Position numbers and translations under genes: made by a program. DNA of 64,000 nt from Guillardia theta CCMP2712 (taxonomy: Eukaryota > Protista > Cryptophyta): contig NW_005434636.1 of assembly GCF_000315625.1 (NCBI RefSeq), forward strand, positions 455,298 to 519,297, read 5' to 3'. Of the stretch, positions 60,336 through 64,000 are shown piece after piece; position 1 is the first letter of the stretch; each line of letters opens with the position of its first letter. The notes under the pieces are model-generated. The model was not told where the DNA came from. It was given only the letters and a program-made list of their open reading frames with translations, and ran no database searches.

Positions 60336-63300
60336 CTATGGAGACTGCTGACGCACCCTCATGCTTTCTGTGCAGCTCTTCTCGAAGAGTTTCATCCACA
60401 CATCTTGGCTCTTGCATCGTTGTAACTTCCACTGCTCACTAGCATGACGTTGAGTTCCGCAAAGACAGCGGACAACTACCACCATCAGCAAGTTGAGAGG
60501 GGGAGTACTCCTTGTGACTGAGGAGGTTTGAGGAGCAGCCGCCGCTGAGCTAAGAGGATCTTGTTCAGTTTCTCACCCTCCAGCTGAGCTGGGGCATCAG
60601 CACATCATCCCTCGAATGCGATTCTCACAGCATGCGACATGCGCTTGCTCGATCTAGAGCTGCCGCCACAGAGGCCGTCCGGTAGCATGAGAGCAGAGGG
60701 AATCAACATAACAATACCCACAGCATGTACAGTAGTCAACCGAGGAGCGACTAAAGATATTGAGAGCTGGTTGCTGCTCGGCGGCATCATAGCATGGGTA
60801 AGTCCCTTTCACTAACAGCATCGTCAACAAAGAGCTTGACGGCCCTGCTGCTCCCCCTCACATCGAGGAGCTCCCAACGTTGTCCATGCTCGGGCTCTGA
60901 GGAAGGCTTAGCTGCCTCGTGCGGGTCAGACCTTCTCTCCATGCTGCTCGTCTCCATCAGCCTGCAAGGTGTCAGAGGATGAGAGGGAGACGAGGGACAA
61001 GACAAGCCCAACATGTGCAGGAGAAGCAGCACTTGTGGTGCCTTGATGTGAGCTGCTGAGGAGGGACTGAACGATCTTGTTGTCATTGAAAATTCCTGCA
61101 CAAGAATCGATGCTCGAATGTCAAACGTGCTCCTCCATGACTCACCGACTTGTACGATGCCGTCAGGCTGGACCTCTGACCCCCTTCCTCTGCGCTTCCC
61201 CTGCTTGAACTCTCCTTGGAAGGACGAGGTTAGGGTCCCATCCTGCCTCCACTGCTCCTCTCGTCCTATCCCGTCTTGCAGTCCCTCGACCCATTCGCCG
61301 GCATACTTGTACCCGTCTGCGTAGAGTCAGCGCAGGACGGCCAGTGCGAAAACATGGTGGCACCAGCAGATTGGAAGATGCCGAAGCCATGATACCTCTG
61401 CTCCCTCCATGCTCCATCGTAGGAAGAGCCGTCGGAGTAGACCTGTTGGAAGCGTGTTGATCTATCACTCCATTGGTCGTCTCTCCTTCTACTCACCATC
61501 TTCCCTTTCCCTAGCTTGCTCTGATCAGAGGCCCACTCCCCGCTGTATTGTGCTACCCCATCTGCTTCAACCTCCGTCCCCTCCCCGTGTCGCAACCCTT
61601 CTTTCCACCTCCCGGTGTACTTCCTTCCGTCCTGCCTGATCATCGCCTCAGTCTCTGACTCTCAGTCTTCATCACCTTCACCTCAGCGCCATGCCGAGCC
61701 CATGAGCCTTCCCGTGCTCGTACTGCCCGTGGTAAGACGATCCATCCGCAAACACTTCCATCCCTTCTCCGCTCTTCTCGTTGGCCACCCACTCTCCCCT
61801 GTACGTGTGTCCGTTAGGATGCGAGTACTCTCCATCTCCTTCCAGTCTTCCGTTGACGAAGACGCCCTTGAATTTCCCTCCATCCTTGTCTTGCAGGGTT
61901 CCTTCCCCATTCATCTCGTTCCCCTTCCACTCTCCCATGTACATGGCCCCGTCCTTGAACTCGCACTTGCCCCATCCATCACACTCGTCGTTTTCGAACA
62001 GCCCCTCATACACATTCCCGTTGGCATACTCGAACTTCCCTATTCCACTTCGCTTCCCGTTCATCCAGTCCCCGTCGTACCTGCTGCCGTCCCTGTACAA
62101 CATGACTCCTCGTCCCGCCTTGACGCCTCCCTCATTGTTCCCCTCGTACGACCTGCCGTCCTTCCAGGTGATCTTGGCTACCCCTCGCATCTTGTCTCTC
62201 TCGAAGGGCCCGATGTACGTCGCTGGTGCCCCATCCAACTCCTTGAACTCATAGGACCCTCTCGGTCCATGTCGCATCCCATGCACGAAGGGGCCGTTGT
62301 ACTCGTCCCCGTTGCGGTAGGACATCACTCCGTACCCCTCCATCTCGCCCCGCAGCCACTCCCCGTTGTAACGTCGATCGTCCTCAAAGATCATGATGCC
62401 GTTGCCATGTCGCAATCCCGCTGCGAACTCTCCTTTGTACTCCTCTAGCTCCGAAAGGACCATATGCCCTTTCCCGGCGATCTCTCCGTTCCTGCGAGCA
62501 GACGTGAAGACAAGCGATAGGACAGCAACGTCTGCACCTGAACTCTCCGGTGTACGACAGAGGTCTATCTCGCAACGTTCCTATCCCGTGCATCTTCCCT
62601 CTCTTCCACCTGCCCTCGTACTCGTACAAGGAGCCTCGGACCAGCTTCCCGTGGCCCTCTTTCATTCCTGCCTTCCATTCTCCGTGGTAGACTTCACCGG
62701 AGATTCTTGACTCCCTTCCTTGACCAGATCTTAACCCTCTCTGCCACTGTCCATCATACTCGTTTCCTGCGTCAACACGATCACTTGAGTTTCATTCATC
62801 TCCCTTCACCATATTTGTCTTCAAACTTTCCCTCGCCGTGTCTCTTTCCATTCTTCCACTCTCCCTCGTATCGACCGAACGAGAGAATTTCCATCACTCC
62901 TCGCTGATGCGGAGCCCCTTCAAGCCATTCGCCATCGTAGAAAGCCGTCTGCTGACTTTTCAAAGCAGATCCTGAGGTAAGGAGACGAGTCGTCGGTCAG
63001 GCAACTCTCACAAATCCAGCACAGCACCTATGAAGTGATTTGCTTTCAAGTCGATGTCAACCGAAGCTTGGAATTGTATCAGCTTCCCAATGCCATGCCT
63101 TTTTCCGTCTTTCAGTTGTCCTTTATACCTTTGATGACTCAGCTAGTGCAACCTCTTTTCAAATAAGTTCATACAGAGCTTTTCTTTCATGTTTCTGATA
63201 TATAAAAACATCGGGTTGAAGTTGATCGAAGTCGGAATAATCCAAGAACCACATATCATGTTTCTCCGCGTTGGCTAAGAAGTCTTTTCCTGAAATGTCC

Positions 63301-64000
63301 TGCAAACAAATCTCAGGAACAGCCTGGCGCCCTCAGGGCTCGACGTACTATCAGGTCATCAAGGCTAGCAGCGTCTTGGGTCTCTTCGATTTCATTCTTC
63401 AACATCAAGTGGCTGATCAAGTTGTCACTCACTGAGTAGCCCAGGAGAAGTCCAGCTGACCTGTTGTGCAGCTCCTCCAGCTGAGCCTCATACTCGGCGA
63501 TGTCGCCTGACTGCTCGGAGACAACCGAAATGTTGAGGAGCTTCTTCACGGTCTCGAGGCTCCTCCGAGACTCTTCGCTGAGACGAGTTGATTCCGCGTT
63601 GGCTTCTTCGATCTTGATATCCAGGTCTTTCATCTGAGAACATTATGTCAGAGTGTCTTCTTAGGTTGTCAATCTGAGGAGACAATATCTGCTGTGTCTC
63701 GAATCATAGTCTCAGTCTCATTGATTTGCCTGTTACAATCGTCGTATTTTTCGTTCACTTTCTGGAGTGTTTTCTCCAGCATTAAGAACGTCTGCGCAAG
63801 TTTCAGACCCAGCAATCTAGGAGCAATACTTGCTTGTTCTTTGTCTTGAAAATCCGTGTCCTTTTTGAAACTTTGCATTTTGATCTAGATGGCATCAATT
63901 CGACATGATTCAAGTAACTTCGTGCTTTGCAGTACCTGTGGAAGATGGGATTTACCAGCTTTGATCTTCGATGCCAAAGATTCTTTTCTTTCTTGAATTG
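60336..64000 (-). CDS. MORN-repeat protein with N-terminal coiled coil (5' end lies beyond the window)
   Basis: Many YxGxWxxGxxxGxG repeats at 61.1-63.1 kb; coiled-coil exons at 63.3-63.9 kb. Confidence 0.85.

Noticed and set aside
1-64000. tRNA, rRNA or telomeric repeats
   Set aside because: None recognised by eye. tRNAscan-SE/Infernal were not run.

Overview
Gene-dense eukaryotic DNA with many short (~45-60 nt) GT-AG introns carrying CTGAC/CTAAC branch points. Intron style, bipartite signal+AF targeting peptides and the RWP-RK gene type suggest a cryptophyte such as Guillardia theta (inference only). Housekeeping-type genes include PUS7/TruD, TMEM14, exportin-5, SRPBCC, F-box/beta-helix, FN3-repeat, PX-TPR, GNAT, LRR, BT1 transporter, OGFr-like and MORN-repeat genes. 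Two regions stand out. (1) An AT-rich island at ~11.2-14.2 kb encodes a Fanzor1-type (eukaryotic TnpB) RNA-guided nuclease. It has a spliceosomal intron just before RuvC-III, one frameshift just before RuvC-I, and a structured downstream omegaRNA candidate. Directly upstream is a 433-bp chimera copied almost exactly from two host loci 42-45 kb away in this same window. (2) A ~12.3-kb tandem array (18.7-31.0 kb) holds nine near-identical two-exon RWP-RK transcription-factor genes that the ORF track misses, joined to mosaic, swapped upstream and downstream regions. Ends of multi-exon genes were inferred by eye and are approximate.
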